Source: Macrostomum lignano (taxonomy: Eukaryota). From it: a stretch of DNA of 64,000 bases. Position 1 is the stretch's first letter. Each line of letters opens with the position of its first letter. The stretch covers positions 40,331 through 104,330 of the forward strand of contig NIVC01003317.1 in NCBI GenBank assembly GCA_002269645.1, in the 5' to 3' direction. The position numbers and the translations under genes were made by a program. A model generated the notes under the pieces. The model saw only the letters and a program-made list of their open reading frames with translations. It was not told where the DNA came from and made no database searches. Shown in pieces: positions 35,501 through 48,748 of this stretch.

Positions 35501-36585
35501 GGAGAGAGGGGACGGATAGGAACCGTGACAATGGTGCTAAGGTACAAGTTATCACTAGCAGGTGTTTTGAGCAGACCAGAGGGCTATAAATCCGAGTTCA
35601 AGAGCATCCCCGGACTCCGCAGCTGTTGAGATGCCGGAAGCCCCAGCTGCCTCAGAGCTGTGCAGTGCTAAATTTCAGCAGCTGTCGAAATTCACCTGGC
35701 ATCCCGGCGGAGTTCTTATCGCTTTCAACTAAAAGTTGATTTGCCAGATAATCTTGCAGAGCAGCTGTGAGAACTGGCCGGCAGACGGCCCCTGAAGCCG
35801 CAGAAGCTCTGAGCAGCACTGATGGGGCGGACAGAATATGCCTGAGAGCCTTCCGCAGTTTCACCAGCAGCCAAAAACGAAGTCAGAGGAGTTTTTCTTT
35901 TCCCAGACTAAAGTGGAAGATGGGGCAGGGCAAATATTTGCCAATGGGGGTCACAGGGGGGTCCCTAATGCATCTTCTGACTGGGAGCTGCTGAGGACAG
36001 CTCAGGCTGAGCGGAGCAGCTAGCCTAGGGAGATATTTCTGAGGCTGGAAAATCGTAGCTTAAAAACTTTTTTATTCCTCAGGGCTGACAGTGAGTATTT
36101 CACACGTTTCCTACTCGGCAGGATGGAGACAGAGAGCAAGTGGCCAAATTCAATCCGGGACACGAACTGCGTCCCCCCTGTCTCTCGTGCGTCTTTTATC
36201 ACCTGGAAATAAGGGAGAAATCCCTAAACAAGAGGCTCATCGAGTCATGCCGAATATTATCCGTGACTTAAATATATTTATGGCAGAGAATAAATGAACT
36301 CGTTTGCAATTCCCAGCACAGATGGCTGGGCTGTCAGCGGGTGAGATGGGATTAAAGCCTGCTTGTGATTGTTAGCAGTCGCAAATCCTCACAGCAAGCG
36401 GCAACAGGTGCTTCATTAGCATTCCTGCGACTGCCCCGGCTCTGGTTTGTTGAGACGTGTCTGAAAATTATTGATTAAATCTGCCATCTTGTTTATTAAG
36501 CTCTGTTTGGCAATCTCTCTAGCCACGAATTCTTTTTTAACAACCTGTCATAACGTCGCAGATTTAATCTGCCTTTCAAACCGGT

Positions 36586-39060
36586 GTTTTGAACCGGGTA
36601 TTTTCACCTGTGTGTTTTGAACCGGGTATTTTCACCTGTGTGTTTTGAACCGGGTATTTTCGCCTGTGTGTTTTTAACCGGGAATTTTCACCTGTGTATA
36701 TTGAACCGGGTATTTTCACCTGTGTATTTTGAATCGGGTATTTTCGCCTGTGTGTTTTGAACCGGGTATTTTCACCTGTGTGTTTTGAATCGGGTATTTT
36801 CACCTGTGTATTTTGAATCGGGTATTTTCACCTGTGTGTTTTGAATCGGGTATTTTCACCTGTGTGTTTTGAACCGGGTATTTTCACCTGTGTATTTTGA
36901 ATCGGGTATTTTCGCCTGTGTGTTTTGAACCGGGTATTTTCACCTGTGTGTTTTGAACCGGGTATTTTCACCTGTGTGTTTTGAACCGGGTATTTTCACC
37001 TGTGTATATTGAACCGGGTATTTTCACCTGTGTGTTTTTAACCGGGTATTTTCACCTGTGTATTTTGAATCGGGTATTTTCACCTGTGTGTTTTGAACCG
37101 GGTATTTTCACCTGTGTGTTGTGAACCGGGTATTTTCACCTGTGTATATTGAACCGGGTATTTTCACCTGTGTGTTTTGAACCGGGTATTTTCACCTGTG
37201 TGTTTTGAATCGGGTATTTTCGCCTGTGTGTTTTGGACCGGGTATTTTCACCTGTGTATATTGAACCGGGTATTTTCACCTGTGTATATTGAACCGGGTA
37301 TTTTCACCAGTGTGTTTTGAACCGGGTATTTTCACCTGTGTGTTTTGAACCGGGTATTTTCACCTGTGTGTTTTGAACCGGGTATTTTCACCTGTGTGTT
37401 TTGAATCGGGTATTTTCGCCTGTGTGTTTTGAACCGGGTATTTTCACCTGTGTATATTGAACCGGGTATTTTCACCTGTGTATATTGAACCGGGTATTTT
37501 CACCTGTGTGTTTTGAATCGGGTATTTTCACCTGTGTGTTGTGAACCGGGTATTTTCACCTTTGTGTTGTGAACCGGGTATTTTCACCTGTGTGTTGTGA
37601 ACCGGGTATTTTCACCTGTGTGTTGTGAACCGGGTATTTTCACCTGTGTGTCTTGAACCGGGTATTTTCACCTGTTTGTTGTGAACCGGGTATTTTCACC
37701 TGTGTATATTGAACCGGGTATTTTCACCTGTGTGTCTTGAACCGGGTATTTTCACCTGTTTGTTGTGAACCGGGTTTTTTCACCTGTGTATATTGAACCG
37801 GGTATTTTCGTCTGTGTGTTTTGAACCGGGTATTTTCACCTGTGTGTTTTTAACCGGGAATTTTCACCTGTGTATATTGAACCGGGTATTTTCACCTGTG
37901 TGTTTTGAACCGGGTATTTTCACCAGTGTGTTTTGAACCAGGTATTTTCACCTGTGTGTTTTGAACCGGGTATTTTCACCTGTGTGTTTTGAACCGGGTA
38001 TTTTCACCTGTGTGTTTTGAATCGGGTATTTTCGCCTGTGTGTTTTGGACCGGGTATTTTCACCTGTGTATATTGAACCGGGTATTTTCACCTGTGTATA
38101 TTGAACCGGGTATTTTCACCTGTGTGTTTTGAACCGGGTATTTTCGCCTGTGTGTTTTGAACCGGGTATTTTCACCTGTGTGTTTTGAACCGGGTATTTT
38201 CACCTGTGTGTTTTGAACCGGGTATTTTCGCCTGTGTGTTTTGGACCGGGTATTTTCACCTGTGTATATTGAACCGGGTATTTTCACCTGTGTATATTGA
38301 ACCGGGTATTTTCACCTGTGTGTTTTGAACCGGGTATTTTCGCCTGTGTGTTTTGAACCGGGTATTTTCACCTGTGTGTTTTGAACCGGGTATTTTCACC
38401 TGTGTGTTTTGAACCGGGTATTTTCGCCTGTGTGTTTTGGACCGGGTATTTTCACCTGTGTATATTGAACCGGGTATTTTCACCTGTGTATATTGAACCG
38501 GGTATTTTCACCTGTGTGTTTTGAACCGGGTATTTTCGCCTGTGTGTTTTGAACCGGGTATTTTCACCTGTGTGTTTTGAACCGGGTATTTTCACCTGTG
38601 TGTTTTGAATCGGGTATTTTCGCCTGTGTGTTTTGAACCGGGTATTTTCACCTGTGTATATTGAACCGGGTATTTTCACCTGTGTATATTGAACCGGGTA
38701 TTTTCACCTGTGTGTTTTGAACCGGGTATTTTCACCTGTGTGTTTTGAACCGGGTATTTTCACCTGTGTGTTTTGAATCGGGTATTTTCGCCTGTGTGTT
38801 TTGGACCGGGTATTTTCACCTGTGTATATTGAACCGGGTATTTTCACCTGTGTATATTGAACCGGGTATTTTCACCTGTGTATATTGAACCGGGTATTTT
38901 CACCTGTGTGTTTTGAACCGGGTATTTTCACCTGTGTGTTTTGAATCGGGTATTTTCGCCTGTGTGTTTTGAACCGGGTATTTTCACCTGTGTATATTGA
39001 ACCGGGTATTTTCACCTGTGTGTTTTGAACCGGGAATTTTTACCGGTGTCTTCAAACAGG
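36586..39060. repeat. 28-bp satellite TTTTCACCTGTGTGTTTTGAACCGGGTA, about 88 copies, with a 196-bp (7-mer) higher-order unit
   Basis: Visible array. Near-identical ORFs at 38060, 38256 and 38452 are spaced 196 bp (7x28) apart. Confidence 0.97.
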
Positions 39061-39174
39061 TATTTTAACCTATGGTTTTATTTAAACCAAATTATTTAAG
39101 AACTAGAACTAGATGCTCAATTTAGAGTTTGTTAACTGCTCTGTCGTGGTTGGATTAAATCGTTTTTCAGACCC

Positions 39175-39325
39175 ATCATTTGCCAGCTCATTTGCCAGCT
39201 CATTTGACAGCTCATTTGCCAGCTCATTTGACAGCTCATTTGCCAGCTCATTTGACAGCTCATTTAATAGCTCATTTAACAGCTCATTTGACAGCTCATT
39301 TTCCAGCTCATTTGCCAGCTCATTA
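39175..39325. repeat. 12-bp repeat TG(C/A)CAGCTCATT
   Basis: About 12 copies. Confidence 0.9.
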
Positions 39326-39924
39326 GCGAGTGCTCAAATCAGATAGGAGAAAATCTGCAAGCCAACTAAACTAACCAAAAAAGGAAGGCTGCATCCTAGC
39401 GTCTCTCCCAAGCTTTATGAAAACCCTGATCACACTGGGGCTGAGCGCCAATTGAATATTAATTAAAATGTATACCCCGCTCCCGACAGGGGAGGCACTG
39501 GGGAAAATTGGGAAGATACGGGAAGGAAGAGTAAAGGATGAAGAGAGCTGGCATCGGGCCCAGAATCCTGCCGCCGCTAGCAGCTTCATCAGTCTTAATC
39601 TGCCTCATCTGTCTCCTCCTCCCATTTCGTGCCGCGGGGATCTCGAGGCCTCGAAGGTCGAGTCGAGCCTTCTCCCAGCGGTTCAGGAAATGAAATTTCC
39701 CCTCTTGAAAAAAATCTGGCGCTGAAAAATAGATTTTTGTTCGGGAGCAGCGAAGGAGGTGTAGCGGACTGCCGCTCTGCAGCTGCCGGCCCTGAGTAGA
39801 GAAGGAGGAGAGGGAGCTGGGGAATTTCCCAATAAAGCTGGGTTTAAAGCTGCAAAATAAATCCACAGACAATGAAAACATGGAGATTAAGGGGCAAAAT
39901 ATCCGAGCGAAGCCAGGGTCTTTC

Positions 39925-40322
39925 ATCTGAGTGGGGCGCTAATTCATTTGAGTGTGGCGCCATTTCATTTGAGTGGGGCGCCATTTCATTTGAGTGGGGC
40001 GCCATTTCATTTGAGTGGGGCGCCATTTCATTTGAGTGGGGCGCCGTTTCATTTGAGTGGGGCGCCATTTCATTTGAGTGGGGCGCCATTTCATTTGAGT
40101 GGGGCGCCGTTTCATCTGAGTGGGGCGCCATTTCATTTGAGTGGGGCACCATTTCATTTGAGTGGGCGCCATTTCATCTGAGTGGGGCGCCATTTCATTT
40201 GAGTGGGGCACCATTTCATTTGAGTGGGCGCCATTTCATCTGAGTGGGGCGCCATTTCATTTGAGTGGGGCGCCATTTCATTTGAGTGGGCGCCATTTCA
40301 TTTGAGTGGGGCGCCATTTCAT
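39925..40322. repeat. 21-bp minisatellite GAGTGGGGCGCCATTTCATTT
   Basis: About 19 copies. Confidence 0.95.
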
Positions 40323-41180
40323 TAGAGTGAGAGAGAGAGAGTGAGATGGAGCGAGAGGGAGAGTGAGATGGAGTGAGAGGGAGAGTGAGATGGAGTGAGA
40401 GGGAGATGAGATGGAGCGAGAGGAAGAGTGAGAGGGAGTGAGAGGGAGAGTGAGATGGAGTGAGAGGGAGAATGAGATAGAGTGAGAGGGAGAGTGTGAG
40501 GGAGTGAGAGGGAGAGTGAGATGGAGTGAGAGGGAGAATGAGATAGAGTGAGAGAGAGAGTGAGATGGAGTGAGAGGGAGAGTGAGATGGAGCGAGAGGG
40601 AGAGTGAGATGGAGCGAGAGGGAGAGTGAGATGGAGCGAGAGGGAGAGTGAGATGGAGTGAGAAGGAGAGTGAGATGGAGCGAGAGGGAGAGTGAGATGG
40701 AGTGAGAGGGAGAGTGAGATGGAGCGAGAGGGAGAGTGAGATGGAGCGAGAGGGAGAGTGAGATGGAGTGAGAGGGAGAGTGAGATGGAGTGAGAGGAAG
40801 AGTGAGAGGGAGTGAGAGGGAGAGTGAGATGGAATGAGAGGGAGAATGAGATAGAGTGAGAGGGAGACTGAGATGGAGCGAGAGGGAGAGTGAGATGGAG
40901 CGAGAGGAAGAGTGAGAGGGAGTGAGAGGGAGAGTGAGATGGAGTGAGAGGGATAATGAGATAGAGTGAGAGAGAGTGAGATGGAGTGAGAGGGAGAGTG
41001 AGATGGAGCGAGAGGGAGAGTGAGATGGAGCGAGAGGGAGAGTGAGAGGGAGTGAGAGGGAGAGTGAGATGGAGTGAGAGGGAGAGTGAGATGGAGTGAG
41101 AGGGAGAGTGAGATGGAGTGAGAGGGAGAGTGAGATTGATGGGTGAGATGGAGAGAGTGAAGAGATGAGGGAGAGAGTGG
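40323..41180. repeat. GA-rich minisatellite GAGTGAGATGGAG(T/C)GAGAGGGA
   Basis: Visible degenerate tandem array. Confidence 0.9.
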
Positions 41181-41664
41181 CACAGAGATTTAGAGTGAGC
41201 AGTTCAAACAAGAGTTGCATTACAGTTGTTAAATTGCCTGTTCCAGGAGCAGAGGCAGCAAGCGGCAGTGCAGTCAGTAGCAGAATTTCGCCCCACTCCC
41301 ACCATTTAGAGCTTCAACGCTTCAATTGGTTTCTATTAGTAGAAATAATGAAAGCGAAGCATTTGCCTCTCTCATTTGCTTTGTCAGCCTCAGAGGCTGT
41401 TCTTCGATTTCCCCAGCGGATCGGGTATTTTTCTATGAAAAAACTACTTCGCTTTCAAGCCAGGCCGTAGCGCAACAATGCACCTGCAGTCTCAGGAAAA
41501 AAAACGTCTCGGAAAAGCACAACAATTGATCGGTGCGGGGGGACTCTGGAAATTCAAAATAGCGTTTCTGCTTTGAAATTTTTCTGCTTTTTACCTTGTT
41601 TCAGCAAGTTGCTGAAGATCCAATTGAAGGCGTCTGAAGTCTCGTTTATTTTTCTCCATTGCAG

Positions 41665-41747
41665 GCTGTGCCTTCCTCACCTACCTGCAGAGAGAGTCCG
41701 CCATCAGGTGCCAGGGTGGCCTGCATGAGAAGCGAACCCTGCCCGGG
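41665..41747 (+). CDS. CELF3/4/5/6: CELF3-6, exon 2 (RRM1 C-half; not in ORF track)
   Basis: Acceptor tttctccattgCAG| and donor GGG|GTGAGC, 83 nt. Encodes (G)[27 protein letters not shown], which contains RNP1 and completes KGCAF across the phase-1 junction. Confidence 0.92.
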
Positions 41748-41789
41748 GTGAGCAGCGGCTGCTTGTGGCGATTTGGGGCGTGTTTTAGG

Positions 41790-42450
41790 GATGGATTCAG
41801 GGCTGATTCAGGGCTGATTCAGGGCTGATTCAGGGCTGATTTAGGGCTGATTTAGGGGCTGATTCAGGGCTGATTCAGGGGCAGATTAAGGGCTGATTCA
41901 GGGCTGATTCAGGGCTGATTTAGGGGCAGATTAAGGGCTGATTCAGGGCTGATTCAGGGCTGATTCAGGGCTGATTTAGGGCATATTTTGGGGCTGATTT
42001 AGGGCTGATTCAGGGCTGATTTAGCTAGATTTATAGATTTAGGGGCAGATTAAAGGCTGATTCAGGGCTGATTTAGGGCTGATTCAGGGCTGATTCAGGG
42101 CTGATTTGGGGCAGATTAAGGGGCAAATTAAGAGGCGGATTTAGGGATTGATTAGGGCGGATTAAGGGGCGGATTTAGGGATGGATTTAAGTGCGGATTT
42201 AAAGATATATTTAGGGGACGGATATAGGGAGATGCATTTGTGGGGCAGAGGTTGGATTTAGGGGCGGATTTAGGGGGGCAGAGGATGGATTTAATGGCAG
42301 ATTTAAGGGCGGATTTAGGGATGGATTAAGGGCAGATTTAGGGATGGAGTTAAGGGCGGATTTATGGGCGGATTTAGAGATATTTGTGGGACGGATATTA
42401 GGCGGATGGATTTAGGGAGCAGAAGTTGAATTTAGGGGCGGATTTAGGGG
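41790..42450. repeat. 11-bp repeat CAGGGCTGATT grading into AGGG(C/G)CGGATTT
   Basis: Visible array immediately downstream of the exon 2 donor. Confidence 0.85.
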
Positions 42451-43241
42451 GGGGGGGCAGAGGATGTAGGCAGAATCAAGAGTCAATTTTTGACAGCCGA
42501 TTTCGTGACTGCGGTTTTGACTTCTATATTTGGGCATTGAATCAAATTGTGTGGGTGGGTAATTATTGTTCAAAAGCGATTTTATCTACAAAGAACGAAG
42601 CGATACTGGAACGTTACGGCAGACTGCAAGCTTCAGCTTATTAACAAATGGCACTTGATGCACTTAAATTGGCACTCAAAAAAGCAAAATAAAGAAGCGC
42701 AAGAACGCCTTTGTAGCAAGCGGGTGGTTTTCTATCGCAGCGCTTGTTATCCAACTGCACTACTAGCAGTAAAACTACGTGGAAATTCTGTTCTAATTTA
42801 AACAAAACTATACAACAGAAAAGTTCGCCACTATTCGGCAGATCATTGCATCATGAAAAAATTACATGTAGGCCGTGAAAACTCCCCAGGAGAATGGCTG
42901 AGAGGCGCAAAAAAAGAAGTAGAATATGCAAAATGAGCTCGGATGGCAACCAGGGAAGGTGCCGTTGTCGGCTTGAATGGGGCAGAGAAGTTGAACAAAA
43001 AAATGAAATTACTCGAATAGCCCCGCGCGGGCGGCCGGCCCTCTGGGGGGCCTCGGACGCCCCCCTCAGCCGGTAATCGGATTGCCCACGCCGAGCCGAG
43101 CGAGAAAATGAAAATGGAGATCGCACTGGGGCTCCGGCTGGTCCCGAGCTGGCGTGAAATTTCAAATCCGTGCCGACTGTGGCTGAAAAAATGGTTTCTT
43201 TGCTGACGGAATCTCGCTGTTTTTTTCACACTACTGCTTTC

Positions 43242-43439
<198 letters not shown>

Positions 43440-45664
43440 GTAGGTAGTAGGGACAGCAGCAGTAGTGATTAAAGCAGGTGACAAGCAGGTGATAAAAGTA
43501 GTGACAGGAAAACCTGTTACCAGCGAGCCCGCAGCTACGATGCAGTACTCCGTCGATTCCCCTTAAGCCCCATAGCAACAGGAAGAAGGGGGGGAATGAA
43601 AGAAATTATTCCTCACGTGCTTGATATTACCTTGCTAGACATGCAGGGCTGACTCAGAGCTTGAGAACACGAGACAGGGATGGAGGAGAACAGGCTCGTG
43701 TGTATACAGGTGCGGCTCACGGAGGAGGAGGAGAGGAGGATGAGGAGGGCAGGACCGAGAGGGGAGATAAGCCGCTGCTGCTGAACCACCTTCCGCGATC
43801 CCCACAGCTGCCAGTCGGAGTTAAGCTTGGGCCTTGGGCAGCCTGATCTCGCACCGGCACATTTCCCGCCAGCATGCATGTAACTCCCCAATGGCCAAGC
43901 CGTTTCTCCGTATCTTGGCCTGACGCGGTTCTCACACTAGTTCCGTTATTCCTTCATCTTTATATCTGTATCCTCTCTCTCTCTCTCTCTGTGTGGGGGG
44001 GGGCAGATCTTATCGCCAGCAACAGCCACGGGTTGTTTGCCTTCTTTTTCTGCGATTTGCTCCGAGGTCAGCAAAATACGCGCTGGAAACGTCCGAACGT
44101 CCGTCCCAGCAAGAGTCTGTTCTCCGGCAGAGGCTAGATAGAGGGGAACTGGGATTCTCACTGGAAATTCATACATGCTTGTGAAATATTAGAAAACTGC
44201 ATATTGCACTATCAAGATAGAGCAGGATGTGAGAGCAGGTGCGCAGCTGCTATCAATCTGAGCGACGGGGTTGCAGAATTAAAAAGGATGGATGATGGAG
44301 AGGGGAAAACAAGCGAGGGGGCTGCGTGGAGAGGCAATATCGAAGGTAAATGAGCGACTGGCTGCAACAGGGAGTGATGAGAGCCTGCTGCTTTATTGCT
44401 ACAATATTCTCAGTAAGCAGCTGTCCCTGAACAAAAAGCATTGGCAGGGAGGCCCTCTTCTTAGCCGCGCGTCGCTTGCTGAGTGCGCGGAAGAAGCCAC
44501 CCGAGGGGCAATGAACGGATGGAGGGCTGGGGGCCGGGAGGAGCTCTCGGGGCATTAAAAGAGGAAAAGGATACGGGCCAGCCCACAGCCCGGGAGCTTT
44601 GGGATAAATGCAGCACGTCTCAGACCCGATGCTCGGTTGGGTGTGGACCAAAAAAGTAAAAAGGAAAAAAGCAACGGCAGCTGCTCTCCCTCTTCTCCTC
44701 ACTGCCTCTCTCTACTTTCTCTGTTCAACGCTACAGAATTTTGAGTCGCTGCCTCTTCCTCTTCCCGCCCCTCACCCCCGCAGTTTGCCGTGCCCTGCCT
44801 CATGCCCCTCTTATTTCTCGCACAAGAAGCTAAAAAGATCCGGCCCCGTATCAGGTCGCTACCCCAAAGCTGCCGACTCAAATTCTACCTCAGGGCACAC
44901 ACAAGCCGCCTCAACCCCTGCCATCTTGGATACCGCTGAGGCCTGTTGCACTGCTCACAGCGTCTCAATTCCATCAACCCCTTATCCTCGTCCCAGCACC
45001 CAATCGTCTGTCCAGAATCCCCACAGCCAACCGCCCCCTGCAGCGCCGCCAGCAGTATCCAGACTCACCGTTCATCCGCTCCGCGTCTCTTTCCCAGCTC
45101 ATAGCAGCTCGCTTTGTTAGCAGCCCCCTCGCCAATCCGGCCCGTCATTCTCCATCATTCCCTTTGCCCCCACCCTGTCAGCCGGGTGACAAAAGGATTC
45201 TGGGTGGCAGGGTCTGCTTGCTTGAGTCGCGCGCCAGACTTTCTGAGGGAAGAGCAACAGAGCCAAGCTAAACTCGGAGAGGCATCCAGATTTTCGTTGT
45301 TGCTGTCGACGACGAGTCGGGAGATCGAAGCTCTTTTAGTAGCAGCATTGAAAGCAGAGCGGCAGCAAGACGGACTTGCAGTTGGAGTCGGCCTACAGCC
45401 TGCTGCTCTCGCCAGCTGCCAGGGGCTCCTGCTACCTCGGCGGCGGCGGCAGCGCAGGTGTTGGAGGCAGCAGCGTCGGCGGTGGCGGTAACGGCAGCAT
45501 GTTGTTAGCCAGTGTGAGAGACAGTTTTCAGTTTGCTGCACGGATAAAGAAAGTGCTCAACCCTAGTGGCGATTGTCAAAATCTTCTTTGATGCTTTGTC
45601 GTGCACGATTGTGTTGTAGAATGCTAAACGAATTGTAAAAAAAAACTGAAATCCCCGATTTCAG

Positions 45665-45713
45665 ATGGCCCGCCCCCTGCAGGTGAAGCCGGCCGATAGC
45701 GAGCCTCGTTCTG
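45665..45713 (+). CDS. CELF3/4/5/6: CELF3-6, exon 3 (RRM1 end/linker; 49 nt; not in ORF track)
   Basis: Acceptor gatttCAG|ATG and donor G|GTGAGT. Encodes MARPLQVKPADSEPRS, matching the CELF RP(I/L)QVKPADSE motif. Phases 0 to 1 fit both neighbouring exons. Confidence 0.92.
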
Positions 45714-46340
45714 GTGAGTTTTGGCTTCGGTTTTGTTTGTAATATAGCGGCTTCTAAGCATGGGAAACTCAAGTAGAAGGCCCTCCCACCAACTAATTAT
45801 CGGTATATTATCGGTATATTCTATATGGCTCGTATATTCTTAACAGTTATAACAGTTATAAAATAGCTCGTAGCTTCTTTCAAAGCGCAAGTTAATGGCT
45901 TACTGATATTTATTTAACAAAGACATTGGAGGGGAGATTCTGTGTGACTAGTTTTAGGCTATACTTAAATTATCATGAAAATGATTATGAGAAATAGTCT
46001 CTCATCGACCAAGCACCCGCGTTGCTTTGCTAATGACGCAAAAAAACAAAAAAGTCATTTTAGGTACAATAGCAATCTCTCGCTTCATATTAGCTATTGT
46101 GTGTTTCATTGTCCTTGAAATTAGAAAGAAATATCCTCGATTTCAAGAGAAAAACTGAAGGACTCAGAATTTTCGATTCTAAATTCTCTGAAATGCAGTC
46201 GGCACTCCAGCTTAGTGGCACTTCAAACCCATCCAAAAATCCTGTCTTCTGCTCTCTGTTTGCTTGTTTTGAAAGGTGGTTGGGAACGAAACTGCAGGAC
46301 TATCAGGGCTTGTGGAAGATTAACTGTCATTGGTTATAGA

Positions 46341-46487
46341 GTAGACTAATGGTTAGAGCGTCGGGCTCAAGACCGAAAGGTCGGGTGTTCGATTCCCGAT
46401 CCCACTGGAACAATTTGTGTCATTGAGCAAGACTCTTAACTCTGAATTGCTTCAGTTCCCCCAGCAGTAGAATGGGTGCCAGCATTA
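46341..46487 (+). mobile_element. tRNA-derived SINE (A/B boxes plus CORE-like domain), copy 1
   Basis: A-box TAGACTAATGG, B-box GTTCGATTCCC, then GAGCAAGACTCTTAAC...CAGCAGTAGAATGGG. About 82% identical (hand count) to 54741-54886. Confidence 0.75.
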
Positions 46488-48706
46488 ATTATAATTGCTG
46501 TAATTAACGATGACTAAGGAGGCGTTAGAGGCGCAGGTTAGCAGATTAGCCATGGCACATTAGCCAGTAGCTTGTGCTCAAAAATAATTGACCGGAAAGG
46601 TGTCGTGCGATTCACATGAATCAGAGCCAACCTCCAAGGCACAGATAGAGTACACATGTCTGACAATCAGAAAGTGAGGGTTGCTTGTACACCCTGTATG
46701 AGCATGTACATGAGCCCGTGCTTCAGGAGAAGCTCAGGAGTCGACGGAATGGGCAGAACTGGACTATGTCACCTGAAGGCGTTGCGACAGGTTTCCCCTA
46801 ACTTTCCTGCTAATGATTATTTTGATTTAAAGTGACCTTTAATATGCGGAAAACCCTATAGGATTTGCAGATGGATGCTGGGTCTTCTAGGTGACAGTCT
46901 AAAAATGCTTTACAAGGATTAAAAGCTTTCAGTTTTCCTGAACCTTTCGATTTTCTTTGATCATTCAAAACCAGTAGGTGTTTTAGAAAAGACTGACAGT
47001 TGACACTGACCAAGCATATGAATAGAAAATACCGTATGATTTTTCTTGCTTTTTATTAGCGAATGCATCTTTTCCTAACTTGATATTGGTAAACTTATAA
47101 ATTATAGCTTTAACACTCGTAAATATGAAATACTCATATGCATTCCTATCAGAATAGAGAGAAACTGAATCTAGTAGACGATATGAGAATTGACCAAATG
47201 TGCAAAGTTGATTGCTACGAGAATGCGACAGAGAATCGAGTATCGAATAAAAATAAAAGCAGCATTGCTCTGGCATTCGGCAGTTGGTGAAAAGCTGACG
47301 AAAGCGGGTCAGGGCTGCAGCTGCAACATCCCCAACATCCCCAAGGGATCTGAGGCAGGACTGCAGTTGCCATCCCGAGAATAACCCTCCGGACTCAGAT
47401 GCGAGCTCAAACTTACGCCTATGTGTTGGCTGCCCATCTCTTTATTCGAATACGGAATTGTAGTCGAGCTACCGCCTGCCTCCCTTGGCCTGTAAATAAT
47501 TGACACCCCAGCCCAGCTCACTAATCCGTGGCACCTTCTGTCCCTCTCTTAGCTCTCTATCTGCCCGCCTGTCTTTCTTTAAGTCGCCTAACTAGTTCAT
47601 CGCGCGCCGGAATGCCCGATGAAGAAGAGTGAGGGGGGAGGCGTCGGTTGAGCAGGAGGAGGGTTGTTGTTGAGTTCTAGTGCAGCTGCGCCGCAAGTCT
47701 GCTGTCTCCGATCTGTGTGCATCCGGCATGTTCAGTTGAAATTATAGAGCTCTGAAAAGGCTTGTCATTGGCACTGTCTATTCTACATTTTGCGTGTATT
47801 TTTGAGACGCATTTTGATCACGCCTTGCACGCGAGAAGGCTACAGCGATACAGTCAGTGTTGGAGTGGCATTGGGAGAGAAAGTAGAGACGAAGAGAGTG
47901 AGAGTTCAGACAAATGATGGACGTCTGCGCTTCAATTCAGAGCAGATCGTATTGTTTCCCTCTGAGATCATCGATGCGTCTCGTTAATGAATGCAGTTGT
48001 GGGAAAAATAAGCCAGATATTTGGCAACAGGTTCAAAATAAAAAACTCAGAACGCGCAAGTGTCCTCCGTTTTTACCCTTGAGCTGTACATTTGAGCTGT
48101 ACTCGTACATGAATAAATATAAACTACAGATTGTATCTACAATAGTCACCATTGAAAATCTTCACAAAGCTGCAAAAGTCAATGGAAACAAGTGGAATAG
48201 CGGCAGTTGGACCTGCTTCCAGTCCGATAGGGTGTCTGGGGTGGGAATTGACACGCACACAGGGTGACACTGGAGTTCCCAAATGGAAAAGGAATAAGCC
48301 AGGAAAGGTTTGATGAGAGAAGGCGGAGAAAAGCTGCCCGGACCAAGACGTGGAGGCCGCATGAGGCGGCGCAGCTGCGGGCTATAATTTGATGCAGCTA
48401 AATTGCATATGCAAGCGAGACAGACATGAGATCGGGAAGAGGACAGGCGCACAAGGGAGACGGCGGCTCGGAGCACTGCGAAAGACGTCTCATTCTCTCT
48501 CTCTCTCTCTCTCTTGATGTAGGCGAGAAACTCGAAAAGACGAAAGAGAGAAGAGCAGGAGATGAGGAGAGAGAGAGTGAGAGAGAGATGAGGGGGGAGA
48601 GGTGAGGCGACTGCTCCATCCGCCTTGTTCATCTTTGGGCCGTGTGAAGCGCAAATCCCATTTGCCACACTTCTGCTTGAGGGGCTGCTGGCGGGCGGAC
48701 TCTGGC

Positions 48707-48748
<42 letters not shown>

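Noticed and set aside
34345-35547. 400-aa Pro/Leu/Ser ORF, and similar ORFs at 27715-28347 and 40216-41220
   Set aside because: They are reverse-strand translations of GA-rich repeats, which rarely contain stop codons.
46341-46420. Functional tRNA gene (also at 54741)
   Set aside because: The acceptor and T stems do not pair properly, and the sequence continues into a shared SINE core.
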